From: Saprospiraceae bacterium
GTDB taxonomy: Bacteria; Bacteroidota; Bacteroidia; Chitinophagales; Saprospiraceae
Direction: 5' to 3'
Length of the DNA stretch: 64,000 nt
Assembly: GCA_031411275.1 (NCBI GenBank)
Contig: JANOAU010000052.1
Coordinates: 18,524-82,523 of the forward strand
Positions 1-10,485 of the stretch are shown piece by piece (the first letter of the stretch is position 1; each line of letters begins with the position of its first letter). The translations under genes were made by a program, and so were the position numbers. The notes beneath the pieces were generated by a model. The model made no database searches and was not told the DNA's origin. It saw nothing but the letters and a program-made list of their open reading frames with translations.

Positions 1-1
1 A

Positions 2-3000
2 GGATTGAATATAACGACTTTTTATAAAACAAGCCTCGACCCCGTTCAAATAGCTTTGAATGACCAAATTTTTAGTTTGTTGGATAAGGGTGTCTCATTA
101 ATTAGTTTTTATGGGCACTCTGCATCTTCTACGCTTGATTTTGATATCAACAACCCCGATAATATGCACAATAAGGGGAAATACCCTTTGTTTATCGCTT
201 TAGGTTGTTCTGCTGGCAATTGTCATCAACAATCAAAAGGCGTTGCAGAAAATTTTCTATTTTATAAGGACAAAGGTATGAGTGTGTTTGCGGGAACAAC
301 GGGTTCGTCTTTTCTTAATTCGCTCAATCGTTTTGCGAACGTTTATTATAGTACAATGGGTAATGCGCGCTATGGAGAAAGTATAGGGGATATTACAAAA
401 GCAACTTTAAGTCAATTTGGTCAAACGACAGTCCAAAATGATTTAGGACTCAAATCTGCCGTGGAGGAGTTTCAAATAACGGGTGACCCTGCATTGCGTA
501 TCTTTGCTGCACCTGGCCCCGATTATGTGCCTGATGCGACCTCTATAAAGTTTAACCCTTCGGTACTCACTGCTCAGTTGGATAGTTTTGCTATAACCTT
601 CAATGTCAACAATATCGGTTATGCCATCAAAGATTCAATGACTGTTTTGATGCGTCAACAATTGCCTAATAATTCGTTTGTCGAATTAGCCAAAAAGCGC
701 ATACCGACCCCTCAGTATCAAAGCACTTATACGTGGTCAGTGCCGATGTCTAAAGAGGTAGCGGGTTCAAATCGCCTTCATATATTTGTTGACTCGGATA
801 ATAGTATCAATGAATTGCCTTCTCCAAGTGCTAAAACGAACAATGAATTAGTAGCCTCAACGGGTGAAAAAGGCGTCCCTTTTTATATCCTCGATAATAA
901 TGTGAGACCTGTTTACCCTGCCGAGTTTGCAATTGTCAATAAAACGCCCATTATTTTGAAGGCTTCTACGTCTAATGCCTTAGCAAAGCTGCAAAACTAT
1001 ATCATTGAAATAGATACAACGGCAAATTTTAACAGCCCTTTGAAAAAACGCACAACTATCAATCAATTAGGCGGCATACTGAAATGGCAACCTGATATGA
1101 ATTGGACAGATAACACTGTATATTATTGGCGGACGGCGGCCGATAGCACAGCGGGTGTCGGTTATGCGTGGCAGAATTCTTCATTTATTTATTTAAAAGA
1201 CGGAAGTGACGGGTGGAATCAGTCGCATTATTATCAGTGGTTGGGGAATCAGTTTACAACTCTAAAGGTGAATGATTTCGATAGGAAGTTTGATTTTAGC
1301 GATGATGTTAAGTCTATTGATTTACGTTATAGTTTAAATTCTTCAGTTAATTCGCCCCAATTTTATATCAATAATGCACAATGGGATAGAAATTTTGGGT
1401 ATCCTTCTGATGTAGGATTATTTGTCGTAGTATTTGATAAATCAACTGGAACTGCTTGGCTTCAACAAGACACACTTTCAAGATATGGTGCTAATCCAAG
1501 TAATAGGAGAACTCATTTCTATATTTTTAAACCAGATTCAGATGATTCTTTTATAGGGAGGAAGGGATTGATTGACTTTATTGGCAAAATTCCAGATCAC
1601 AACTCTATTTTAGTATTTACAGTACAACAAAGTGCTACAGCAAATTATAGAACGGATTTGTGGGCATCTGATTCTGTTACTTTTGGCACAAATATTTTCA
1701 AAGCTTTTGAAAGTTATGGTGCTCAAAAAGTGAGAGGGCTGAATGGTACTTTGCCTTATGCTTTTACCTTTCAAAAAGGGGTAGGTGTATTGGGTGAAAA
1801 AGTGGGTACAGACTGGGGAACGGGCGCACCACTTTCTTTCCAAACTGTGGGTGCATGGTACGAAGGCAAAATGGAATCTAAAATAATCGGTCCTGTAAAA
1901 GAATGGGAATCATTAGAGTTGAAATATGTTGTAGAGCAAACAATACCTAAAAGCGATTCTTTAGCTTTTGATGTCATTGGTTTATCTCCAGACAAATTAA
2001 AAGACACGGTTCTTTTAGCTAATCAAACAAGTAACTCTATATCGTTAAGTAATATCAATGCTAAGCAATACCCATTCCTAAAACTTCGATTTAATGGATA
2101 CGATAACAACAAACGTACTGTACCCCAACTCAATTATTGGCGTGTATTATATAAAGGTATGACGGAGTTAGCTGTTAATCCAAATGCCAAGTTTACGATG
2201 TATAAAGACACATTGCAACAAGGAGATCCATTTAAATTAGAAGTCAATGTGGAGAATATCAGTGATGTAGATGCCGATAGTGTTTTAGTCAAATGGACAA
2301 TTCGAAATGAAGCGAATGTGGAAATAAATACGGCTACTAAATATGCCCCCCTCAGTAAAAATGGGAATTTTGTGACAAATTTGACGCGCTCAACAAAAGA
2401 TTTAGGCGGTAAACATCAAATTTCATTTGAAGTGAACCCAAATATGGCACAACCTGAACAGTTCACATTTAATAATTATTTGCAAACCAATTTTTATGTT
2501 GAAAAAGATAAACGCAATCCGCTTCTTGATGTCATGTTCGATGGCATTAGGATTATGAATAACGACATTGTTTCCCCTAAACCCTTGATAATAGTTGAGT
2601 TACGTGATGAAAATAAATTTTTGGCACTTAATGATACAGCTTTGTTCAAACTGTATGTTCAAATACCATCGGGTGCGAAACAACAGATTTTTTTCAACGA
2701 CGCATCCCTAAAATTTAATCCTGCGACAATTTCAGCAACAGGCGTTAATAAAGCAACTATCGAATACCGACCTGTTTTTACTGCTGATGGCACGTATCAA
2801 TTGATTGTAAAAGCCAAAGACGTTTCTGGTAATACGTCGGGGGATATGGATTATAGTATTGCATTTCAAGTTATTACGAAATCGTCTATTTCTAATGTCC
2901 TGAATTATCCGAATCCTTTTTCTACTCGCACACAGTTTGTCTATACTTTAACAGGTGAAACACCACCCGCCTATTTTAAAATTCAAATCATGACTGTCTC

Positions 3001-3235
3001 GGGCAAAGTCGTAAGAGAAATCACGCAAAACGAAATTGGTGTCATGAAAATCGGTACGCATCGCACGGATTATGTTTGGGAAGGAACAGATGAATATGGC
3101 AACCCATTAGCAAATGGCGTTTATCTATACCGAGTCATTGCTAAAAATACAGATGGCAAAGCCTATGAAAGTTTTGATAATGGCACAAGTGATTATTTTA
3201 AGAAAGGTATTGGGAAGTTGGTTATTATGCGTTAG
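2..3235 (+). CDS. Large secreted protein, 5'-truncated by the window edge. It has a gingipain-like (peptidase C25-type) region, beta-rich repeats and a T9SS C-terminal sorting domain.
   Basis: The frame is open from the window start. The His...Cys arrangement (FYGHSASS ... IALGCSAGN) is typical of C25-fold peptidases. The last ~80 aa (NYPNPFSTRTQFVYTL ... GVYLYRVIAKN ... GKLVIMR) fit the Bacteroidota type IX secretion CTD. Confidence 0.6.
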   Translation, partial: GLNITTFYKTSLDPVQIALNDQIFSLLDKGVSLISFYGHSASSTLDFDINNPDNMHNKGKYPLFIALGCSAGNCHQQSKGVAENFLFYKDKGMSVFAGTTGSSFLNSLNRFANVYYSTMGNARYGESIGDITKATLSQFGQTTVQNDLGLKSAVEEFQITGDPALRIFAAPGPDYVPDATSIKFNPSVLTAQLDSFAITFNVNNIGYAIKDSMTVLMRQQLPNNSFVELAKKRIPTPQYQSTYTWSVPMSKEVAGSNRLHIFVDSDNSINELPSPSAKTNNELVASTGEKGVPFYILDNNVRPVYPAEFAIVNKTPIILKASTSNALAKLQNYIIEIDTTANFNSPLKKRTTINQLGGILKWQPDMNWTDNTVYYWRTAADSTAGVGYAWQNSSFIYLKDGSDGWNQSHYYQWLGNQFTTLKVNDFDRKFDFSDDVKSIDLRYSLNSSVNSPQFYINNAQWDRNFGYPSDVGLFVVVFDKSTGTAWLQQDTLSRYGANPSNRRTHFYIFKPDSDDSFIGRKGLIDFIGKIPDHNSILVFTVQQSATANYRTDLWASDSVTFGTNIFKAFESYGAQKVRGLNGTLPYAFTFQKGVGVLGEKVGTDWGTGAPLSFQTVGAWYEGKMESKIIGPVKEWESLELKYVVEQTIPKSDSLAFDVIGLSPDKLKDTVLLANQTSNSISLSNINAKQYPFLKLRFNGYDNNKRTVPQLNYWRVLYKGMTELAVNPNAKFTMYKDTLQQGDPFKLEVNVENISDVDADSVLVKWTIRNEANVEINTATKYAPLSKNGNFVTNLTRSTKDLGGKHQISFEVNPNMAQPEQFTFNNYLQTNFYVEKDKRNPLLDVMFDGIRIMNNDIVSPKPLIIVELRDENKFLALNDTALFKLYVQIPSGAKQQIFFNDASLKFNPATISATGVNKATIEYRPVFTADGTYQLIVKAKDVSGNTSGDMDYSIAFQVITKSSISNVLNYPNPFSTRTQFVYTLTGETPPAYFKIQIMTVSGKVVREITQNEIGVMKIGTHRTDYVWEGTDEYGNPLANGVYLYRVIAKNTDGKAYESFDNGTSDYFKKGIGKLVIMR

Positions 3236-3245
3236 GAATCGGGAG

Positions 3246-3285
3246 TCATGGGTCGTGAATTATGAGAGTAACTCACGACCCATGA
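3246..3285. terminator. Bidirectional hairpin between convergent genes
   Basis: A 13-bp perfect stem, TCATGGGTCGTGA (3246-3258) / TCACGACCCATGA (3273-3285), with a 14-nt loop. It lies between the stop at 3235 and the stop at 3286. Confidence 0.65.
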
Positions 3286-4347
3286 TTATTTCCACTTTCG
3301 ATAAACAAACCGCAAAGGCAATGTAAAAAAATAAGGTCGCCTACCAAAGAATTGATATTTTAAGGATATGAACCAAAATTTTAAAGAAGTCATTAAAGGA
3401 AAATCAAAACGAGGCATCACCAAAATTTGCTCTAACAAATAAGCCCGCATCCTGGTTTTATTTAAAAAAATTAGATTCATTTCCCAAATTTTGTCATAAT
3501 CATTAATATTCAGCGTTTGCGGGGTTAATTCATTGATTCTATTTTTTGATAAACCCAGTGCTTTTAACAACGTTAAAATTAACACCAAACGTTCTGCATC
3601 CGCTTCTTTTTCGTTACTTGATTTAGTGGCATCGTGTACCCGATAATAAGCCAAAACCTGTTCAGTTGATTTAACAGCACTCAAACCATAAGCCAAAAGA
3701 TAGCGATACCACAAATCCAAATCCATGCAATAATGAAATCGTTTGTCCACCCCCCTCAGTATTTTTAACTTTTCGAGTCGAAAAAAAAGCGATGGTTGCG
3801 CCATTAATCTACCAAAATTCATCGTCGCTTCCACATCTTCTAAACAGTGCATACCATACTTCTCTGGCAATAAAATCTGCTGTCTTATGACTTGTAGTTT
3901 TCCCATTAAAACGTTTGTATGTTTATCTTTTGAAAAATGTGCAGCGATTTCCCACAAGACATTTGGTGCCAATAAATCATCGCTATTGAGCCAATTAAAA
4001 ACATCGCCTGTTGCCTGTGCGAGTCCTTTATTTATAGCATCTGATTGTCCTTCATCCGTTTCACTAACCCAGTAATGAATCCATTTTTCGTATTTTTTGA
4101 CAATTGCAACAGTTTCATCTCTACTACCACCATCGATAATGATGTATTCTAAGTTTGGGTAATCTTGAAGTAGTACTGAGCGAATCGTTTCCTCTATGAA
4201 TTGTCCTTGATTGAATGACGGCGTAATGATGCTGATTTTTGGCAAATTTTGAGACATATACTGAGGGAGGGGCATTTCCGATGATTCTGTCCAAGGATAG
4301 CCTGATTTTCCATTGTGAGCGAGAGGTAATCGATTTAAAATATCCAT
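3286..4347 (-). CDS. Family 2 glycosyltransferase
   Basis: The N-terminal motif ISIITPSFNQGQFIEETIRSVLLQDYPNLEYIIIDGGSRDET and a downstream DxD-like NSDD are classic for the GT2 fold. Confidence 0.85.
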   Translation of the reverse strand: MDILNRLPLAHNGKSGYPWTESSEMPLPQYMSQNLPKISIITPSFNQGQFIEETIRSVLLQDYPNLEYIIIDGGSRDETVAIVKKYEKWIHYWVSETDEGQSDAINKGLAQATGDVFNWLNSDDLLAPNVLWEIAAHFSKDKHTNVLMGKLQVIRQQILLPEKYGMHCLEDVEATMNFGRLMAQPSLFFRLEKLKILRGVDKRFHYCMDLDLWYRYLLAYGLSAVKSTEQVLAYYRVHDATKSSNEKEADAERLVLILTLLKALGLSKNRINELTPQTLNINDYDKIWEMNLIFLNKTRMRAYLLEQILVMPRFDFPLMTSLKFWFISLKYQFFGRRPYFFTLPLRFVYRKWK

Positions 4348-5321
4348 ATCAAAAATTTATCGAAATATCTTACACAAGTGCCTATTGGAAATTTTTGAGT
4401 AAAATATATTTGAGACCAAAGTAAATAGCGATGTAATATTTTTTGCATAGCATTTCTTGGGTCAGGAAATTTGCTTGTTGTCTTTTGCCAAATATTTAGT
4501 GAGGCAAAATGGCATGTACCGTACTTTTCAAAATAGACTTCTACTAGTTTATCCCAATAATAAGAGTTTTCTTTTTTTACATAAAACATATCTATACCAT
4601 GTTTTTCATAGTAATCGAACCATTCAATTTTCAACGCTTGAAATTGGCTTTTTGATAAACCATACATGTGGTGATAAATACGAAAAATGGTAATCGGGTG
4701 TTGGTGTTTACGATTCAGTAGTTCAAAACATTGATACCAACGGTGTTTAGATTGCATACGCTGCCAATCTGTATATTGATAGTGAAGAACCTTGATTTCT
4801 TGACAAATCAATTTATGTGCATTTTCAGGTTTGGGAATACGATGGTTATGAATAATAGAACGCTCATTTGTACTTATTCCATCGTCTATAAATCCCCATC
4901 CAAAACTACCTCCCTCCCAATATTGTTTAAAATCAGGTTTAATATTAATCCATGAAAAATATATAATTGTACCTATTGGAGCTTCTAAAATATTACTCCA
5001 TTCAGAACTTTCATTGAAGTTTGCTGTCAGAAATTCGTCAGCATCAAGAGTTATGAACAGCTTTCGTCTTCCATTACTTCCTATTTGTCGAGCCTTATCT
5101 ATTAAGAGCCTTTGCCTTTGTTGTTCATCATAAGTATGATTTAGGTTGTTTAATAAAACAACTTTCGGGTATTTTAAAGCAATATCACGGCTGCCATCTG
5201 TACTCATTTGATCTGCAATGATGATATGGTCAGCCCATAATGAAGCACATTGAATAAACCTATCGAGAATCCATGCTTCATTTTTGACAGGAACAAGGCA
5301 GATTATGAAGGGTTTGTCCAT
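4335..5321 (-). CDS. Glycosyltransferase-like protein (GT2/GT-A fold, divergent)
   Basis: FIICLVPVKNEAWILDRFIQC ... IIIADQMSTDGSRDI ... LDADEF (DxD) indicates a GT-A type nucleotide-sugar binding region. It overlaps the downstream GT2 gene by 13 nt, which fits an operon. Confidence 0.6.
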   Translation of the reverse strand: MDKPFIICLVPVKNEAWILDRFIQCASLWADHIIIADQMSTDGSRDIALKYPKVVLLNNLNHTYDEQQRQRLLIDKARQIGSNGRRKLFITLDADEFLTANFNESSEWSNILEAPIGTIIYFSWINIKPDFKQYWEGGSFGWGFIDDGISTNERSIIHNHRIPKPENAHKLICQEIKVLHYQYTDWQRMQSKHRWYQCFELLNRKHQHPITIFRIYHHMYGLSKSQFQALKIEWFDYYEKHGIDMFYVKKENSYYWDKLVEVYFEKYGTCHFASLNIWQKTTSKFPDPRNAMQKILHRYLLWSQIYFTQKFPIGTCVRYFDKFLIWIF

Positions 5322-5363
5322 AAAAAGTATTTCTTTAATTTTAAAAAAGGGCGTTCTAAATAT

Positions 5364-5852
5364 CTATAACTTATTTATGCGACTAAAATAGTGATGAGTA
5401 ATATGGTATAAAGGGCCATGTTCTTCTACTGTAATTGACCACAATACACCGAACACCATCGAATGAATACCTTGCTGCTATTGTCCATCAAATTGAAAAT
5501 TGCCTAAAAAAAATATAAAATATAGAATATTATCATCTTGATTTTGATAGTTTTTGAAAGGAAAGAGCATCGGTAAAAAGATACCTAAAAATATGACCCA
5601 ATAATAAACTGGCCAGATTTCCAAAATGCGGCGCATATAAAATTGCTTAACATGTATATCATTTGTTTGTTTTTTTTCATTCAAAAGTAAATAGGAGATT
5701 AGAAAACCACTCAATGTAAAAAAGAAATTGACTCCTACTTCACCCAAATATGTAACACGATATATAATATGCTCAAGCCACCAAATATTCGTTTCAGGTA
5801 AACCTAAAACCTTAGCATGTGAAATAAATACCGTTAAAAAGCAAAGAAACAT
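5364..5852 (-). pseudogene. Decayed acyltransferase-3 (OafA-like) paralogue, truncated and frameshifted
   Basis: The 124-aa ORF matches only the N-terminal third of the neighbouring acyltransferase (VGVNFFFTLSGFLISYLLL ... FYMRRILEIWPVYY ... GNFQF) and then stops. The family motif LWSITVEEH reappears downstream (about 5400-5460) in another frame, followed by a stop at 5364. Confidence 0.7.
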
Positions 5853-5901
5853 AAGGCATCTAAGTTTGGAAAATAAGCGGATGGGCTGTTTTTTGATAAA
5901 A

Positions 5902-7017
5902 TCACGTTTTATATTTTATGGCATATTTTAAGAAATAAGATTCAAAATAAAGATAACAGAACTTTGCCAATAGCCATGTCAGAGAAAAAGAAAATACATA
6001 ATATACCCAACACCAACTTTGAGTTACAAATGGCGATAACCAGTGCCAAGTTAAGACAATCGAAAGCGTATGCCACACATACAAGCCATAAGAGATTTTA
6101 CCCCCCTCAGTAAACCACAGCAAACGGCTGATTTTGAAAATAGAATGTTTCGAAAAATTTTGCTCTAAAATAACACAAGCAAAAAGAGTTTTGTGAATTG
6201 TATTCATCAATACCGATATAGTGAGGGGGGTATCAGTAAATAATCGTGGTATGACAAAAGGATATAAACCCAATGAAATATATAAAATTAAAATCCAATG
6301 GCGGGGCAAATCTATCCACTTTTGCAAGAAGTCTGCCTTCTTTTTACATAAAAAAGCAGATAAACAACCTATTGACAATTCACTACATGCCGAAAAAGTA
6401 TGGTAATATTGCATATTATACGCTGAATTCATACATTTGAATAAAAAAGAAAAAATAAGAATCAATGAAAATACTGAACCATAAAAACGACTTGGCAAAA
6501 AATACAGAAGCAATGGGAAAACTAAATAAAACTGTTCTTCTATCGAAATAGACCACAAAATAATGAGTGTATAAGAAAAGCGAGAAGGCTCGAATGGAAC
6601 TATGAATTGAAAGTTTGCTGTAAAAGAGGCATAATGCCAAAAATTGTCATTCAATGTTTTGAATTCAGTATAAGGGACGAAAGTGGGCAGCATAAATCCG
6701 ACTGCCAAAGCCAAATAGTAAAGTGGAAAAATGCGTAATACGCGGCGGATATAAAAGTTCAGAACATTGATTTGTCCTTGTTTTTCCTGCTCTGTCAAAA
6801 ACAAATAAGTAATGAGGAAACCACTAAGTACAAAGAAGAATGCCACCCCCCATCGGGTTTCTGCAATCAAAGCAGTGCATATTTTGTAGGCAAATGTACC
6901 GTTGATATAAGGCAAGCCAAAAAGCCCTTTGGAATGTGCAAAAAATACACCGATAAAAGCCCAAAACCTCAAACCGTCGAGATTCGGAAAATATATTTTA
7001 GAGGTTGTCGCAGTCAT
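5902..7017 (-). CDS. Acyltransferase family 3 membrane protein (O-acetyltransferase, OafA-like)
   Basis: Polytopic membrane protein with WGVAFFFVLSGFLITYLFL, FYIRRVLRIFPLYY and LWSISIEEQFYL motifs. I prefer the start at Met15 (MTATTSK, 7017) over the track start at 7059. Confidence 0.8.
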   Translation of the reverse strand: MTATTSKIYFPNLDGLRFWAFIGVFFAHSKGLFGLPYINGTFAYKICTALIAETRWGVAFFFVLSGFLITYLFLTEQEKQGQINVLNFYIRRVLRIFPLYYLALAVGFMLPTFVPYTEFKTLNDNFWHYASFTANFQFIVPFEPSRFSYTLIILWSISIEEQFYLVFPLLLYFLPSRFYGSVFSLILIFSFLFKCMNSAYNMQYYHTFSACSELSIGCLSAFLCKKKADFLQKWIDLPRHWILILYISLGLYPFVIPRLFTDTPLTISVLMNTIHKTLFACVILEQNFSKHSIFKISRLLWFTEGGKISYGLYVWHTLSIVLTWHWLSPFVTQSWCWVYYVFSFSLTWLLAKFCYLYFESYFLKYAIKYKT

Positions 7018-8287
7018 TTTGATTAGAAGTATGGGCTGATGTTTGTGCGTATGTATCAAAGAACTGCCATTCCAAAATTGGAAATATCAAACCCGGATTG
7101 TCCTTGATATCATACCGTTTAAAATAAGATAAGTGGGTGCGTTCAGTTTCGATATTAAAGGCAATCACAGGGTCATAGATCTTTGTAAAAGTCTCAATAT
7201 TGTGCTTTGAAATGAGAGGGCGGATGTAATATTCACCGTTATTTAGGAGAAGATGCGGTATTTTACAAACCCAAATAATGTTTTCTCCAATGCTGAATAC
7301 ATCTTTTGTATGGCTATCAATTTGATAAGTCCTGAATAAAACCATCCCATCTTTAAGTAGGTCAAAACCTATTTTTGTTATTTCTACATCGGCAAAAGTG
7401 GTGGTATGGAAATGGATGAAAACAGCTTCTTGATTGGTAAATTTTGTTGTTAAATTACCAGTTTTATCCCGAATTTCTATTTTTTCAAGCCGCATTTTGG
7501 TCGTTGTATCAATATTATTGACCCACACTGCTTCACCATTATTACTGGCATCATATTCATAAAGAGCAACCGCTTTTTGAATATCACCTTCAAAAATCAT
7601 CTTTCCTTTATCTAAAATAACGCCTTTATGACATAACTGCCTTATGGCACCCATATTATGACTCACAAACAAAACGGTGCGCCCACTTTTACTCACCTCA
7701 TCCATTTTTCCCAAACATTTCTTCTGAAAATCAGCATCACCGACTGCCAGCACTTCATCAATCACCAATATTTCAGGTTCTAAATGTGCGGCAACAGCAA
7801 AAGCCAACCGCAACTGCATACCACTCGAATAATGCTTCAAAGGCGTATCAATAAACTGTTCAACACCACTGAATGCGACGATTTCATCAAATTTTTGAGC
7901 AATTTCTGCACGACGTAAGCCCAAAATCGAACCGTTCATAAATACATTTTCACGCCCGGTTAGTTCAGAGTGGAAACCTGTGCCTACTTCTAAAAGGCTG
8001 GCGATGCGACCCCTCAGTATGATCTTACCTTTTGTTGGTGGCGTAATGCGGCTTAGGATTTTTAACAAGGTACTTTTACCTGCACCATTTCTACCAATAA
8101 TACCGATACTTTCGCCCGCTTGAACATCAAAACTGACATCGTTTAAAGCCCAAAAATCAGACCTCGGAGTATGCTCACCTTTAGTTTTAAAAAAATCAGA
8201 AACTGAATCACGTAAACTTAAATATTGTTGTTTTTGTCCGATTTTATACTGTTTTGATATATTTCTGACCTCAATAATAGGTTTCAT
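6998..8287 (-). CDS. Polysaccharide/O-antigen ABC exporter ATPase (Wzt/TagH-like) with a C-terminal extension
   Basis: Walker A GRNGAGKST, signature SSGMQLRLAFA and Walker B ILVIDEVLAVGD are present, followed by a ~180-aa C-terminal beta-rich domain like the Wzt glycan-binding domain. A Wzm-type permease lies nearby. Confidence 0.85.
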   Translation of the reverse strand: MKPIIEVRNISKQYKIGQKQQYLSLRDSVSDFFKTKGEHTPRSDFWALNDVSFDVQAGESIGIIGRNGAGKSTLLKILSRITPPTKGKIILRGRIASLLEVGTGFHSELTGRENVFMNGSILGLRRAEIAQKFDEIVAFSGVEQFIDTPLKHYSSGMQLRLAFAVAAHLEPEILVIDEVLAVGDADFQKKCLGKMDEVSKSGRTVLFVSHNMGAIRQLCHKGVILDKGKMIFEGDIQKAVALYEYDASNNGEAVWVNNIDTTTKMRLEKIEIRDKTGNLTTKFTNQEAVFIHFHTTTFADVEITKIGFDLLKDGMVLFRTYQIDSHTKDVFSIGENIIWVCKIPHLLLNNGEYYIRPLISKHNIETFTKIYDPVIAFNIETERTHLSYFKRYDIKDNPGLIFPILEWQFFDTYAQTSAHTSNQNDCDNL

Positions 8288-8288
8288 T

Positions 8289-9605
8289 TTATTCGTTTTT
8301 TGTAATCATAAGACGATTAGTTATACGCTCTTGCGCCGCTAAACAAGCCAGTATAAGCCAATAATGCCGAAAATTCATCGTATCAGTTACAAAACCTTCC
8401 GCCATCATAAAAAGTAAAACACCGCCCAGTAATAGCCAGAAGTGAGCGTTTTTATCTGTCAATTTGTCTCTAATGTATATTTTTTTCCACGTTTTACCAA
8501 TTGTAAAATAGAGATACACAAGTGCCATCAAACCCACTAAACCCAACTCCGACAATGCACCAAAATAAGTGGAAAGAGGGTCAAATTCTGATAAATATAC
8601 AGGATAGCGGTTTTCTTCTTTTAGTTGATGCGTATAGGCTGTAAAATTGCCACCGCCTATGCCAATCAATGGATTACGCATGAAAACTATTATATTTGCT
8701 TCTTTTAAAACGCCATAACATGTCCGTAATAAATACTTGTTGTTGACTTCTGTTAATGGCTTTTTTTCTATTGCATGGCAATATTTATTTTGTTCAAAAT
8801 CTGATTTATTTATGAAAACAAAATGCGAAAAAAATAAGAATATGATAAAAAATAGACCCCAAATGATATTTTTTCCTTTCATTAAATAGTGATCGCGCAA
8901 ACCAACCATGATTAAAACGGAAGCAGCAAACATTACAATTGATTTGGTAAAAGTAAAAAACATTATGCAACCCATTAAAAGGATAATCGCAGTATTTTTC
9001 AAAGAAAAACTAATTTTTTGAACACTTAAAATATCTGCAACAGAAACCAATATAAAAACACTCAGAATACTATTCAGCATAATTGGCTCGGTTGCGAGTG
9101 CTTTTACGCGGTAAATATCGCCTAAAATGGGATAATTAGGATAGTAACCAACTAATGGTGTTTCGATATTCAGAGTTAGAAATATTAAACCAATCAAACC
9201 TAAAACAGCAGTTAATATGCCTGATAATTGCGTATTTTTAACTAAAAAATGGCGAATATCTAATTTTGTTTCTATCAAATAGACATTGACAATGATATAT
9301 AAAGTGACTAAATACACAAATCCAACCATTTCAAAAAAGGAAGCACGCGTTAAATGACCAAAGCATGAAATAAACAAAGCTAAACCATACAATATTAATG
9401 CTTTATCTATATTTGTCACTTGCCATTTGAGCCACGTTTTATGTTTTATAACCTTTAGAAAAGTTAAAACGAAAAGAATTAAAAAGGCAATTTCAGGCAA
9501 TTGCAATTTATCGCCGAAGAAAGGCAGTTTCAAAAAACCATTGAGCGGTAAGGTAATTATATAAACTGTGAGGGCAATGCCTATATATTTCCAGTCTTTA
9601 TTCAT
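8289..9605 (-). CDS. Polytopic membrane protein, O-antigen polymerase/ligase-like (Wzy/WaaL superfamily)
   Basis: It has 10 or more hydrophobic segments and one larger loop, and sits inside the polysaccharide locus between wzm and wzt. The assignment rests on architecture and context only. Confidence 0.45.
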   Translation of the reverse strand: MNKDWKYIGIALTVYIITLPLNGFLKLPFFGDKLQLPEIAFLILFVLTFLKVIKHKTWLKWQVTNIDKALILYGLALFISCFGHLTRASFFEMVGFVYLVTLYIIVNVYLIETKLDIRHFLVKNTQLSGILTAVLGLIGLIFLTLNIETPLVGYYPNYPILGDIYRVKALATEPIMLNSILSVFILVSVADILSVQKISFSLKNTAIILLMGCIMFFTFTKSIVMFAASVLIMVGLRDHYLMKGKNIIWGLFFIIFLFFSHFVFINKSDFEQNKYCHAIEKKPLTEVNNKYLLRTCYGVLKEANIIVFMRNPLIGIGGGNFTAYTHQLKEENRYPVYLSEFDPLSTYFGALSELGLVGLMALVYLYFTIGKTWKKIYIRDKLTDKNAHFWLLLGGVLLFMMAEGFVTDTMNFRHYWLILACLAAQERITNRLMITKNE

Positions 9606-9611
9606 TGTTTT

Positions 9612-10433
9612 TCAAGCTAAATCTGCGAAATATGCCTCTGTTTTTCTAAAAACATACACGCCTACGAAAAGTAAAAGGGTAGCTATTAAAAATTGAGTAC
9701 CCACTGTGAACCAATCAATCGCCTCCTCTCTGAAAACCGAGCGCATCAAATCTATTGCCCCTGCAACTGGATTAAGGCGCATAATCCATTGAACAAATCC
9801 ATTGTCAAAGGCTTTTGTCGAGTACAAAACAGGATTGAGAAACAATAAAAATTGAATCATAAACGGCAAAGCATACTGAAAATCACGGTATTTGACATTC
9901 AAACTGGCTAATAAGGTGCCGAGACCAAAAGTCGTGATAACAGTAAGCAAAATACTGAGGGGGGTATAAAGAAGCAATTTCCAAAGCTCAAAAGGCAATT
10001 GATAATAAATCAGTAACCCTATAAATACGATAAAAGCAAAGATAAAATCAAATAGTGCCGTCAAAACCGATGATAAAGGGATGATAAGACGTGGAAAATA
10101 TATTTTCTTAATGATGTTGGCATTAGCTACCATACTGGAAGCGGCATTGAGCAAACCGTTTGAAAAAATATTCCAAATCATCAAGCCAGAAAAAGCAAAG
10201 ATAGGATAGGGTAGCCCATCTGAACCCACTTTCAAACTACGACTAAAAATGAACGTAAAAAGCAACATCATACTGAGGGGTTGCACCACTGCCCACAAAA
10301 TACCAAGTGTCGCCTGTTTATACCGAACTTTGATGTCTCGCCAAGTAAAAAAATAAAAAAGCTCTCGATATTGCCACAATTCGCGCCCACCAAGTGTAAA
10401 TTTGCCTTTATTTTCGATTATAAATTCCTGCAT
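9612..10433 (-). CDS. ABC-2 type polysaccharide export permease (Wzm/TagG-like)
   Basis: FTWRDIKVRYKQATLGILWAVVQPL is the hallmark N-terminal motif of ABC-2 exporters. It has six TM segments and sits in the same cluster as the Wzt-like ATPase (a Wzy-like gene lies between them). Confidence 0.85.
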   Translation of the reverse strand: MQEFIIENKGKFTLGGRELWQYRELFYFFTWRDIKVRYKQATLGILWAVVQPLSMMLLFTFIFSRSLKVGSDGLPYPIFAFSGLMIWNIFSNGLLNAASSMVANANIIKKIYFPRLIIPLSSVLTALFDFIFAFIVFIGLLIYYQLPFELWKLLLYTPLSILLTVITTFGLGTLLASLNVKYRDFQYALPFMIQFLLFLNPVLYSTKAFDNGFVQWIMRLNPVAGAIDLMRSVFREEAIDWFTVGTQFLIATLLLFVGVYVFRKTEAYFADLA

Positions 10434-10485
10434 GATGCAGCAAAGGTAGTTTTTGAAGCGTATATTTCTAAAAAAATAAGATAGA

